DNA of 63,999 nt, the filler included. It is 13 parts of 13 records of this genome, joined end to end, with 100 filler letters (N's around TTAATTAATTAA, not from the genome) between each part and the next. Parts side by side here need not be neighbours in the genome. Positions count along the whole stretch, not along the records: positions 18,093 to 23,507 come from SRR7504441_1940; positions 23,608 to 28,689 come from SRR7504441_1941; positions 28,790 to 32,339 come from SRR7504441_1942; positions 32,440 to 35,561 come from SRR7504441_1943; 9 more parts are not named here. The stretch is one strand, 5' to 3'. Position numbers and translations under genes: made by a program. Below, in pieces: positions 22,700 to 33,222 of this stretch. The notes under the pieces were generated by a model. It ran no database searches. It saw only the letters and a program-made list of their open reading frames with translations, and had not been told where the DNA came from. How positions within the stretch are numbered: position 1 is the first letter of the stretch; the number at the start of each line of letters is the position of its first letter.

Positions 22700-22899
22700 G
22701 CTACTGCTGTACCTCTGTCCACGACGGAGGCGACCGTACCTCGCAGGCGGCCGTTGAATAGCGCCACGCGAGCCGCCTGGTCGCAGGGCAGGGCAGCGCC
22801 CGGGAGCTGGCAGGTGCGATGCGCCGCCCTGGGCGCCGGGCCGGCTGATAGTTTGGGTGGCAGCGGCGGGAGATGGGGCCGGGCACTGATTGAGGGCCG

Positions 22900-23507
22900 A
22901 TGTTCTCGCTGCTGCAGGGGCTCTGGGAGTACCTGTTCAAGCGCACCCGGTACCAGGTGCCCGCTGCTCTGGCCGGCTGCTCGAGCGGGCGACGGGCAGG
23001 TGCTCCTGATCGGGCTGGACAACGCGGGCAAGTCCAGCTTCCTGGAGCAGGTCAAGCGGCTGTACGGCAGCGGGCCGGCCACCCCGCTCGACAAGATCCC
23101 GCCCACCGTGGGGCTCAACATCGGGCACCTGCAAGTGGAACGCTCCGAGCTGCTGGTCTGGGACCTCGGCGGGCAGCGGGCGCTGCGTGCCATATGGGAC
23201 AAGTACTCGGGCTCGGCACATGCGATCATATACATGGTGGACGCCGCAGACCGCGCACGGTTCCCCGAGGCGCGGGAGGCGTTCGAGCGGTTGCTGGCCC
23301 GTCCAGACACAGCAGGGGCCACGGTGCTAGTGCTGGCCAACAAATGCGACCTGGCCGACGTGGCGCTGCCGGATGAGATCCACGAGACGCTGCGACTAGT
23401 TGAAGTGTATGAGACTAGCGTGTGCCGATTGCAACCGGTCAGCGCCAAAACAGGGGAGGGCCTAGAGCTGGCGATCAAATGGCTTCACGATTCGCTCAGC
23501 AAAACGT
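22900..23507 (+). CDS. ARFRP1: ADP-ribosylation factor-related protein 1, 3' partial
   Basis: MFSLLQGLWEYLF N-terminus, GLDNAGKS, PTVGLNIG, WDLGGQ and LANKCD motifs. Intron 22957-22999. Confidence 0.94.
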
Positions 23508-23607
23508 NNNNNNNNNNNNNNNNNNNNNNNNNNNNNNNNNNNNNNNNNNNNTTAATTAATTAANNNNNNNNNNNNNNNNNNNNNNNNNNNNNNNNNNNNN
23601 NNNNNNN
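23508..23607. other. Artificial contig spacer
   Basis: N44-TTAATTAATTAA-N44. Confidence 0.98.
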
Positions 23608-26600
23608 AGGGGAGGGGCATGCTTTCTTTTCGAGCTGCTTAAGTATCTGATGAAGCACAATGAAAACTGGAAGCAATTCCACTCGATTGTTGATTGTTGA
23701 CTGGTATGGTGCGCCATCCAACAAGCTAGCAAGCTCAAAGGACTGACTAGTCATGCTGCGACAAAACTGAGCTGCGAACATCCTTATGATCAGGCAGTCA
23801 ATACCAGTTGCACCGAGGGAATCTGAACTAGTATCGGGTCTGTCCTGAAATAGCAGATTATTTGTCAACCCTTTTGATCCAGTTGGATCCACTTTGTAGG
23901 GAAGGTACCCAGGTTTGCGCTTCACATAAATGACCTGTGGTATTACACCAGCCTGTATTGGAACTTGCCTGTACCAATACCTTTCGCTGACCACCTCAAC
24001 CATTTGCACCCCTGCAGGATCAGGAACCAAGCATGGGGTCATCGTTTCCATCTGTGACAAACTGTTGTCTTCACTGTCCTTGGCAGAAATTACCAGCGGC
24101 ACAAAACAAGGCATATTAGTATCAACGTCGATGGAGTGCACACACCGGGGCTCAATGGCGAGGACATAAAAATGCCGGAACGCCTGCAAGTAGTATCGGT
24201 TTGAGGTTGTTGTCACAGTAAAGCGAGGATAAAGCGCAACCACTAGGCTCGCAATTGCGGCATTTGAACGACTCAATGTGAAGCGGCCGCCACCCAGGAA
24301 TAGAAACCCAATTGCTGTCTGCAGAGCGACATGGTTGCCATACATAATTTCAGCCTCAACACGTCGCCGTTGCGCACGAAGCAGTTTGAGGGCCTCTAGA
24401 TCACCACTCCCCGCCATGACCATGCCTAAAGCGATGGCCGCAGTATTTAAGCACGTCTCCAGAGCTGGACGATCTCGTTGGGTCCATTCTTTGGATCCAC
24501 TTGGCTCTGAACCACAGCCAGCAGCAAAGTATCGAACATATTTCAACAAGAGCTGGTGTGCACTCGCTTTTGCAGTTCCAGCATAGCGAAGACCTATTGA
24601 AAAGCATCCTCCTGCCAGAATGTATGCGTGAGCTTGACGCAATGCCTCGTGATCGAGTTCTTCTGACATTGAGCTTCTTGGATCAGCATGATACTTCTGC
24701 AAAAAAGAAGGCACCTGTGCTGTAAGCCATTCTTCAGTTGGCTGCACAGAGTCCCACATCACAAGGCTGTGGCTAAGCACCCGAAGCAGCACAAAATCTG
24801 GTCTGACATGCTCCAATAAAAAGTGTGTATCTGGAATGGCCAGTCTGGTTGCAACTGTTGTGTTGTTCTGTTTCATGAACATTAGACCAAGGGCTAGGGT
24901 TGCCCCTGGCGCAGTTACATCCACATTGACCATGTCAGACTCCATAATGCGGCAGCACCGGGTCGCGTTGTTAGGCTGCTGTACAGATGAAGCCATTGCA
25001 TCGACACCACCATCAATGTAGCGCTGCAGCTTGTCTTCAATGTGTAAATCCTCAACCCCAGAACTCTTTCCTCCCTTTCCTAGTGTCACCAGACCAAGAG
25101 CCAGACCAGCAGCAAGCGAGTAACCCTCTCGCTCAAGAGTGGAGTCACTCATTGGCCGACGACCAATCTCTGTCAGAAGAACTTCAGTCATAAGACGATG
25201 ACATGTGCCTTGGTAGAGAAGGCCCACGCCCATGACTGCTGCCATCTGAACGACAGAGGCGACTTCCATCTCAGGAAGTGATGGTGGCAGCAGGTATGGA
25301 ATGTGCATTACCAGCATCTTTGATACATTAGGGTCCATTGTTCCCCGCTTTGCAGCAGCCATCCCAAGTAAGACACCCACAGTTGTTGCAGAGTGTCGAT
25401 ACGAGAGGTATCGGAATATATCTGTGACAGCAAGCTGTGCCAGATGGCCTTGCAGCCCTAAGGCCATCAAGACCCCTGCATGCTCGAATGTGGGCGACTC
25501 AGGTCTGTTATATACAATCCAATTGCGAGTGACGCTAGCAACATCTGAACCCACAAGCTGCAGACCCGCAGCTACCCCATTATGAAAACAAGGCCAGTTT
25601 GTCAGGTCCTGAGGTGTATTGGCTGCATCAAGGCTAATTGACGCATTTGTCGGCGGGACGCGACCAGATAATATCAGTTTTGGCACAGAGAGTCCCTCGG
25701 TCGGCAGGGCGTATATTGAAGAAAGAGTGACCATCCCACGCCCCACAGGCAGGGCCATGGCTCTCTGTGCACGCAGGAGCAAAGCATCGTGTTGTTGTGC
25801 CAGATAATCGTGGTCTGACGTTTCTGGAGCTCGGGGGACCCGCAAGCATATCAACTTGGAGGAGCAAAGCATCCGCCGGACCTCATTGGCCCGGCGGTCC
25901 TGCCCAAACCGCAATGCAGCATAATTCTCAAACATGGCAAGACCATCATGATCCTCTGCCTTGTCATGTGACTGACCATGCTCTGCATCAGCCTCAATAT
26001 TCCCCCCATTGCTATCCAAAATCGAAGAGGGGACGTGCTGGAACAAAGCCCTGGTTTGATCTACTGCCATCTCCTGCTGCAAAGCTAAGTCGTTACGACC
26101 AATCAACTTATATGCTTCAGGAGACCAGCCAGTGCCGGGCGACTCTCGACATTGTAGCAAAGCACACCAGAGCGGGAGAGCCACACCAGCAGGCATCTGA
26201 ACAAGGTCGTCAACAGCTATGCCCTCTTCCAACAAGGACTTCATCACAACTACAGCAGACACATCTGCATCATGCTCATCCAATTCAAAGCCTGCTCCTG
26301 TATGAGCATCAGATGGCTGCTGGACGTTACATATTAGAGGGAGTGACTCGCTTGAGCTGCTCTGCTGCAAAAGATTGTCATAGTTGAACTGATGGGTCGG
26401 CGCTGGAACTAACAGTGATTCATAGGGGTTCGAACTGAGCAGCCTGTAGAGCCGGGCCAGCTTTAGCGACAGAAGCCACGGTGCCTGCAGAGCATAGCTC
26501 GAGCTGGTGATCACATCTGGGCAGTACGGCAATTCCGACGGATTGGGGCCAAGCTGGTTTTCCAGCCATCTTGTAATGTCAGGTGGATCACAGCTGGGTG

Positions 26601-28481
26601 CCCCGAATATATTTGATGAAATCTCATGTAGGTTGGCCAGAGCTGGATAATCCCGAATATAGTGATCACGGTAGGTTGAAGACCCCACAAGCGAAGCCAA
26701 AGCGGCCAAAAGGGCGGCCAGCGGTGGGCCAAGCTGGGCTCTGTTGACTGCAAGTTTTAAATCCTCATACATCATGTGCAGAGCCAGCAAAATCTGAGGC
26801 AAGTGGTCCACTTCAACCGAAGGCATCATGGGTGCTGCGTGGGAGGTAGAAGCAGTGCTATCTGGCTGCGGCACCACCAGGTCGTCCAGGTTGCTCAGGC
26901 ATGTAAGAGACTTCAACTTGTGGTGTAGGTCGCTCTGCAGAAGCCGTTGCCAAGCTGCTTCGCGATCAGCAGGCTGAGCCACCTCTCCCAAGGGGTCATC
27001 ACATTTGAGCTTCTTGGAGCCATCTGACTTGGATTTTTTCGGTGTGTGCCAAGTGGACAAGCCCTTGCCCCTCTCTGGGAAGCCTGACTGGGCTGACCCT
27101 TGCACTGTGCCTGCAACTGCATGCTCCAACACTGCAACAAATGAGGCCCATTCAGGGTCAAGGTCTGTGGTTGAGCTGTCCTCCGAACTGAGCACTGCTG
27201 CACGGAACGCAAACAACACTGCAGGTGGTAGCACGTAAGCTAGTGCACTGATCCCTGCACATACCAGGGGCGAGCTGAATTCGAGCGGCCAGGCAACCCG
27301 AAGCACATCACCATTTGCCAGGACTAGATTCACCCGATCGTGTACTGGGTCGCTGAGGGCCATCAGTGGGGGTTCCGTAGTAATCGATCCTGGTGACATG
27401 GAAGCCTTAATTCTCTCAAGCATCAGTCCTGGTGGGTACTCCCACACGCGGTGACTGCCCGCGTAAACACACAGTCCGCCACCATCCTCAAGAACAAGGA
27501 TCTGAAGCCAACACCAGTCAGCTTTTGCGTATTGCACAGGCCGCACACCTGTCGCGAATTGCCAAGGGCACATAAAGGTGCGGCTGCTCTGGCAGATATG
27601 GTGAAGGCAGGTCTCAGTCCGTGGTCTGAGAAGGTGTAAGCACTCAGTCGAGAAAGTTCCTTGGAGAAGGAGCACAAGATTGGTTGCTGCGACTCGTCAG
27701 CTGCGATGAACACAGAAGATGCGGCAGGTGCAGGACTCTCCTGCTGCCAGAGCAACTCGAGTACCATTCCGACCAGCTCAGTCTGCACATCAGCTAGGGA
27801 GAACTCACTCGAGCTGGGGCAGGCCGGATCAATGCAACCAGCCCGCACTGCCCAGAGCGAGTGTCGCTTAGACCCGGAGTCGTAGAGCATTGCAAAAGGA
27901 TGTTCTGTGGAGGTAAATACCACCTGCAGATTTGGGTCGGCAAACAGAGTCAGCTCGCTGCTGCTCCGTGCGGCTTTGGCCTTCACAGGCTGAAGCTGAT
28001 CCAACGGATGCCACAAGCCCCAAATCGTGCTCCGATTGTCGGCCTTCTCCATGCAGCTGATCATCATCCCAAGTGCGAGTGGCCATAGCTTGACCCCACT
28101 GGGTTTGCCCGGGAGCAACACTGAATATTGGCTCCCGTTGCAGCCAAAAATGGAGACCGCACCACGCACTAGCACGCAGAGCGCGCGGCTGGAAGAGCCT
28201 GCCTCCTGAAAGTCACAGAAGATGGCCTGCAAGACCTCAGATGGCATAGTTACGACCTTCTCCACCTGGCGCCATGCTCACCCTGCCACCATCCGGGATG
28301 TCACCTGTCTCCCGATAGACCAGACTACGCGATTCTGGTGGACGTACAGCTCCTCCTCGTGCATGTCTGAGGACCTGGACTGCAAGCTGTATTGCTCATC
28401 GTCAGGTTGTTGGCCCTCGCAGGACGACCGACCACTAGGAATGAAAGCCCCGAGGATGTGTGGCGCTTTCATGTGCCGCAT
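23608..28481 (-). CDS. ANAPC1: Anaphase-promoting complex subunit 1, 3' partial
   Basis: EEELYVHQNRVVWS, RFGQDRRANEVRRML, ALPVGRGM, WPCFHNGVAAGL, PC-repeat region, VRPDFVLLR and NRYYLQAFRHFYVLA. Two introns near the 5' end. Confidence 0.96.
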
Positions 28482-28689
28482 TCAGGTGTCACCACGATGA
28501 CGACGGAATTTGGACGCCGCAGGCAGGGGCTCCGGCTCTCCTCCACACGCGAAGCTTCAAGGACCTTGCGGGAGCCGATCCGTCGCCCTCCGTCGCACTC
28601 AATTCAAGTACGTGCTCCTGTTCAAGATACGTACGCGTAGAAGTTGGGGTTTGGTACAATGTACGGTGCCTGCAGACTGAGTTTTCAGA

Positions 28690-28789
28690 NNNNNNNNNNN
28701 NNNNNNNNNNNNNNNNNNNNNNNNNNNNNNNNNTTAATTAATTAANNNNNNNNNNNNNNNNNNNNNNNNNNNNNNNNNNNNNNNNNNNN
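28690..28789. other. Artificial contig spacer
   Basis: N44-TTAATTAATTAA-N44. Confidence 0.98.
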
Positions 28790-29149
28790 GAAACCAAATT
28801 TAGAGATCTTTTGCTTTTGATTCCACACAAATGCAAACTGAATGATGGTCAAGATAACTTCTGCTGCAAGAATCACAAAATCACCGGGATCAGTGTAGCG
28901 GAAGAGCTTGAGGGTATTATACTCTGACACAGTTACAACACCTCCACCCAATGGGGTTTCGAAGAGAATTCGAACGGTAGTAAACTTGTTCACATTTGTG
29001 TTGTACAATGTAAAATCAACAAAAGTGCCTCGCGTTAACTTATTTGTCCATTCGTTCAGCCGTAAATAATTGACCATTCCAATTGCCTCTGTTGCATTTA
29101 CTGGCGACAGGTCTTGAACAAACCCTGCTCCTGTGAACCTGGCAATACC
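28790..29149 (-). CDS. Polycystin-2 (PKD2/TRPP)-like channel fragment: distal TOP domain and S2
   Basis: ARFTGAGFVQDL...LRLNEWTNKLTRGTFVDFTLYNTNVNKFTTVRILFETPLGGGV...LFRY matches the polycystin domain consensus. Confidence 0.8.
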
Positions 29150-30194
29150 TTTAGAGGAGCAAGCTGAAGTTGCTCTTGCTTCCACTGCAAGCACGTCAGA
29201 TGAGAAGGCTGTCCATTACAGAGGGGACACAAGTGAGTGCACTCACCGATTCGTAGAGGCTAAGGCCAGTTTGGAGAGGCTCTAGTAGTTGTTGTGTCTT
29301 CTGGCGAATATAAGCTTCACCATCTCGCAGCCGCTTGTTTTCTTGATTCATACTCTCAGCCATGACATTCCCCCGCCGCATCCGCATTTTTAGTTCTTCC
29401 TTATCTTTGATTGTCTGGGCTGCCTTCTCCATTTCCCAATTCATATTGAGCTGGAACAAAGCACACCAGCACTCAGCAACTAAGCTCTATTTAGGTGTGA
29501 GTCACTATTTCGACTCTTCGGTTGTGTGTCTTACAGATGTCTCTCTCCATCTGTTCGAGCTTCTCCCGTTTCAAGCGTCGATCCCTCTCCGCTGCTTCGA
29601 TCGCGGCGCTGTCATCTTGTACTTTCTGTCTCTGGGTCGGGTGCACTTGGAAGTCTGCCTCCTTGTCCGACAACGTCGGCCTCACCTTCTCCTCCAGCCG
29701 CTCGGGAAGTGTCCGACGAACCCACAGGGTGATTTCCTGTACGTCGGGCGGCAGGTCGGCCACCCGCCACCCGTCCACAAGTGGCATCCCTCCATAAGCC
29801 AGCTGCTGGGCTGCAGCCACCCCAGACTCAGCCCGCGCTGTAAAAGGCGCGTGGCTGGGCACCTTTGATCGGCGTCTTGAACTCCTTTGCGATTTTCTCC
29901 TTGAGGTGCAGCACGGTGGTCGACCGCTTCTCGGGCACAGCCACCCATGCCCACTCCAGCGACTTCTTAGAGAAGACTCGGAAGCCCCTGTGCTCAGGCG
30001 GCGGCTGTCCGGCGGTCGGGCTGGCACAGGTGGGGGGCACCGAGTAGTCCGCGGGGCACTGCGGGTTGTCCGCCGGCGGCTCGGGGTTTGGGATTGCCGC
30101 GTACACAGACTTGTCGCTCAGTGAACTGCCCCCGCTGGCCGCGGCCCCAGGCGGCCGGCTGGCACTAGTATTTGTCTTGGGCAAGCTCGGACAT
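29098..30194 (-). CDS. Ubiquitin-like domain plus coiled-coil protein (3' end uncertain)
   Basis: Spliced MSELAQDKYYSLSDK...TTVLHLKEKIAKEFKTPIKAQQLAYGGMPLVDGWRVADL fits the ubiquitin fold pattern and is followed by E/K/R-rich helices. Confidence 0.7.
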
Positions 30195-30316
30195 CGTCGC
30201 TGCGGCCTGGTCAACCCTCAGCTCGCCCGCCGCACCCGCCCCGCCGCACCCGAGTCCTGCCTGCCCCCGGCAAGGGCCGGTGTCCCTGGCACCCCCTGCA
30301 GCAGCAGTGATCACGG

Positions 30317-31606
30317 ATGGGTTGCGGTCCGAGTGGCAGCTCGGGCGAGGCGCCGGGCCTTCCGCCGGGCGGTCTGGCGCTGGTCTCCTCGGGGGCGGAG
30401 CTGGGCGGGCTGGCGGCCGAGCCGGTGCCGCTGCCGTGCACCGTTGCCCAGCTGGCCGACGCGCTGGCCGGCCGTCTGCCGGCCGGGGTCCCATACCGGG
30501 CGCGGCTGGCCGGCCGGTGGGTGGGGCTGGAGCTGGCGATCCCGGCGGGCGGGGAGCTGCACCTGGAGCCGCTCCCGATGCTGCTGGACGGACCGCTCGC
30601 CGAGTGCGTCGAGGCGCCCCCGGCCGTCGCGAGCGGCGGGCGAGCGGCGGGCAGGTGCTGGCCCATCCCGGCCGGGTGAGTGCGCTGGCGGTGGGGGGCG
30701 GGCTGGCTGCGAGCGGGTGCGGGGACTGCCAGCTGCGGCTGTGGGGCCCGGACTGGCGCCCGGTCCGCCAGCTGGTGGCCCATCACGATCAAGTCAACGG
30801 CCTGGCGCTGGCCAGCCACCCCGAGCACGGCCAGAGGATAGTCTCCGGCAGCGCCGACCGGACCGCCCGGGTCTGGACTGCGGACGGCCGGAACACCCAG
30901 GCGGGGGCATGCGCGGCCCGGCTGAGCGCAGTGGCAGGTGCTCGAGGCTCACGGGCTGGCAGTGGCACAAGTCGCGGTGCTTGGCTGCGGGAGAGTCGCC
31001 ACGGCTGGGCTGGACTGCGCTGTGCTGGTGTGGGCCGAAACCGCCTGGGCGCTGCCGGACGGGGTGCTGCCGTTGGCGCCGCCGGTGCTAGTCCGGCTGG
31101 AGTGCGCGGGGTATGTCCACAGCATATGTCCACTGAAGGGCTGGCTGGTCGCTGCTGACGACTCTGGCGTGGCAAAGGTTGTCAGCCCGGCTGGCGAGAC
31201 CGCGTGCGCGCTGGTGGAGCATAGCACCGGGCTGCGGGCGGCGGCGGCTGACCGGGCGGGCGTGCGGCTGGCTGTCGGGGCTGCCGATGGGCTGGTGATG
31301 GTGTTTGAGGTGCTCGAGACACTCGGTGTGCTGTATTCGGAAGAGCTGCGCAGGATCAGCACCGGCGTGGCAGCAGTGCACGCGCTTGCGTTGCTGCAGG
31401 GCGGCAAGCTGGCCGTGGCCGGGGCCGATCTGCGGATCTGGGAGATCGAGTCAGGTCGGGGCCGGTTGGTTTAGCATGAGTGGGGGCCAGGCCGGTGCTT
31501 GCAAGTGCTCGGGGGGCATGCCGAGCGGGTGAATTGCCTGGCGGTGGACGAGGACGGACGACTGGTCAGCGGGTCGGATGATAAGCATCTGCGCATATGG
31601 AGCTGA
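30317..31606 (+). CDS. WD40-repeat protein with an N-terminal acylation motif (4 exons)
   Basis: MGCGPS start. Repeats HHDQVNGL...IVSGSADRTARVW and GHAERVNCLAVDEDGRLVSGSDDKHLRIWS*. Introns 30614-30654 and 30901-30937 (both GC-AG) and one GT-AG. Confidence 0.88.
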
Positions 31607-31923
31607 CCAATTGGCGCCACGTTTAATCAGTTACAATAATTAAAAGTACAATACAATAGTTTTACATATTATCCATTAAACATTCTATAAGATAGCTACA
31701 ATCATTTAGTCGGAAGTCGAGCTTAAGCCACGAAGCCACATAACTGGATTTCATTAGAACATCCTGATATCATTTAATAGAGTACTTAGCGTTTGTAGCC
31801 ATAGTTGGTCTAGTAGCAGTCCTTCAGGACATGCTTGCGTAGATATTTAAGTAGTGTAGCTCATCTTACTCCGATCTGTGTGGACGGCCCTTGACTTTGA
31901 ACCCTTGTCGTAATCCTGAAGGC

Positions 31924-32339
31924 TCACAACTGAGTCTCAACATCAGCCTCGATTGGGTTGGAAGCAGATTCGGGTTCGCCATCCTTTGGCGGCGCTTCGG
32001 TCCCAGTTGCTGCAGCAGCTCCTCCGCTGGTGGGAAGGTAATATATTGCAAAGAACCCACCAGCGATGAGGGTAGCACCCGCGACAGAGGCAATCACGAT
32101 CCCAATGATATCAGCTGTGCTTAGGCTGTCGTCCACAGTAGTAGTACTTGTAGTAGGAGTAGGAGTAGGAGTAGGTACACTCCACATCACCCTGTTGGTG
32201 CCATCGTATGCAACCGCCACGTACCCGTAGGTCAAACCCAAGTTCCCGTAGGCCAAACCCGCCCATGTGCTGGCTTCAGTCGCTCCTGCCACCGTCCAAG
32301 AGATCCCATCTGAACTGTACATCACTCGGTAGTCCGAAC
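31924..32339 (-). CDS. Type I membrane protein with beta-propeller-like repeats, 5' partial
   Basis: RVMYSSDGISWT...WAGLAYGN...YVAVAYDGTNRVMWS repeat, a PT/T-rich stalk, TM helix IIGIVIASVAGATLIAGGFFAIYY and an acidic tail. Confidence 0.75.
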
Positions 32340-32439
32340 NNNNNNNNNNNNNNNNNNNNNNNNNNNNNNNNNNNNNNNNNNNNTTAATTAATTAANNNNN
32401 NNNNNNNNNNNNNNNNNNNNNNNNNNNNNNNNNNNNNNN
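32340..32439. other. Artificial contig spacer
   Basis: N44-TTAATTAATTAA-N44. Confidence 0.98.
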
Positions 32440-32511
32440 GTTCATCTCGATGTAGGCGTGCGGCTAGTCATCGTCGCCCACCAGCTACCCACCAGCGGCT
32501 GGAGCCCTCAG

Positions 32512-32673
32512 GTCCTTGCTAGATCTACCTGCTAACCTCGTAAACGGAGATCCAATGGGTGAGCTGGTGCCGGTGGACGAGATGAAGGGTATGTTCGCGG
32601 GCCGGACGAAGCAGCTGTTTGAGTGGCTCGACAAGGACGGGAGCGGCCAGATTGACAAGACGAGTATCTGAAG
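32512..32673 (+). CDS. EF-hand protein fragment with an apparent frameshift
   Basis: ...KQLFEWLDKDGSGQIDK followed by EYLK in the -1 frame. Confidence 0.5.
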
Positions 32674-32764
32674 GTCCCGGCCCAGGCCATAGCGCTGCTG
32701 GCTCAGCCCGCACTGCCCCGGCCCCCTGCCACAGCGCCGTCCGGCGAGCTGATCTCCACTGGGC

Positions 32765-33046
32765 TCAAGCTTTCAAGGTGTGCTCCGACGTGTCACTGGC
32801 ACAGCCCTTGGCTCGTCGCCAGTTGGCCTCGATCCGGAGGAACGCCCTTTGCTCGCTCTGCCGACTCCACTTGGCCAACGACCTGGCCATCAGCCGGAGC
32901 GCCTCGGCACGGAACTGAACAAGCTCGCTGTCTGAGTAGAAAGCGAGGTGGTTCTCCGCCCTGGTCCGCTGTGGGATCTCCTGCACCCCGTCCGACTCCG
33001 CGAACGAGACCTGCCGCCGCCTGGAGCGCGCGCAGCAGCCGCCCAT
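32765..33046 (-). CDS. Small acylated protein with an RVxF-type PP1-docking motif
   Basis: MGGCC (myristoyl/palmitoyl signal), RRRQVSFAE and FYSDSELVQFR. Confidence 0.65.
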   Translation of the reverse strand: MGGCCARSRRRQVSFAESDGVQEIPQRTRAENHLAFYSDSELVQFRAEALRLMARSLAKWSRQSEQRAFLRIEANWRRAKGCASDTSEHTLKA

Positions 33047-33222
33047 ATGCTTTCTTGCTCACTGGCGAGTCACTCAGCTCGCGAACAAGAATCCGCACCG
33101 GTATTTTATTTCAGATCTAGAGTGACTAGTCGAGGACAAAAATTTTGTTGACAAGGTTGCTGTGTAGGGTGCTCTGTGATGAGTGGCCAGCGTGGAGGCT
33201 GAGCCCAGTGCTGTGCTGAGGC

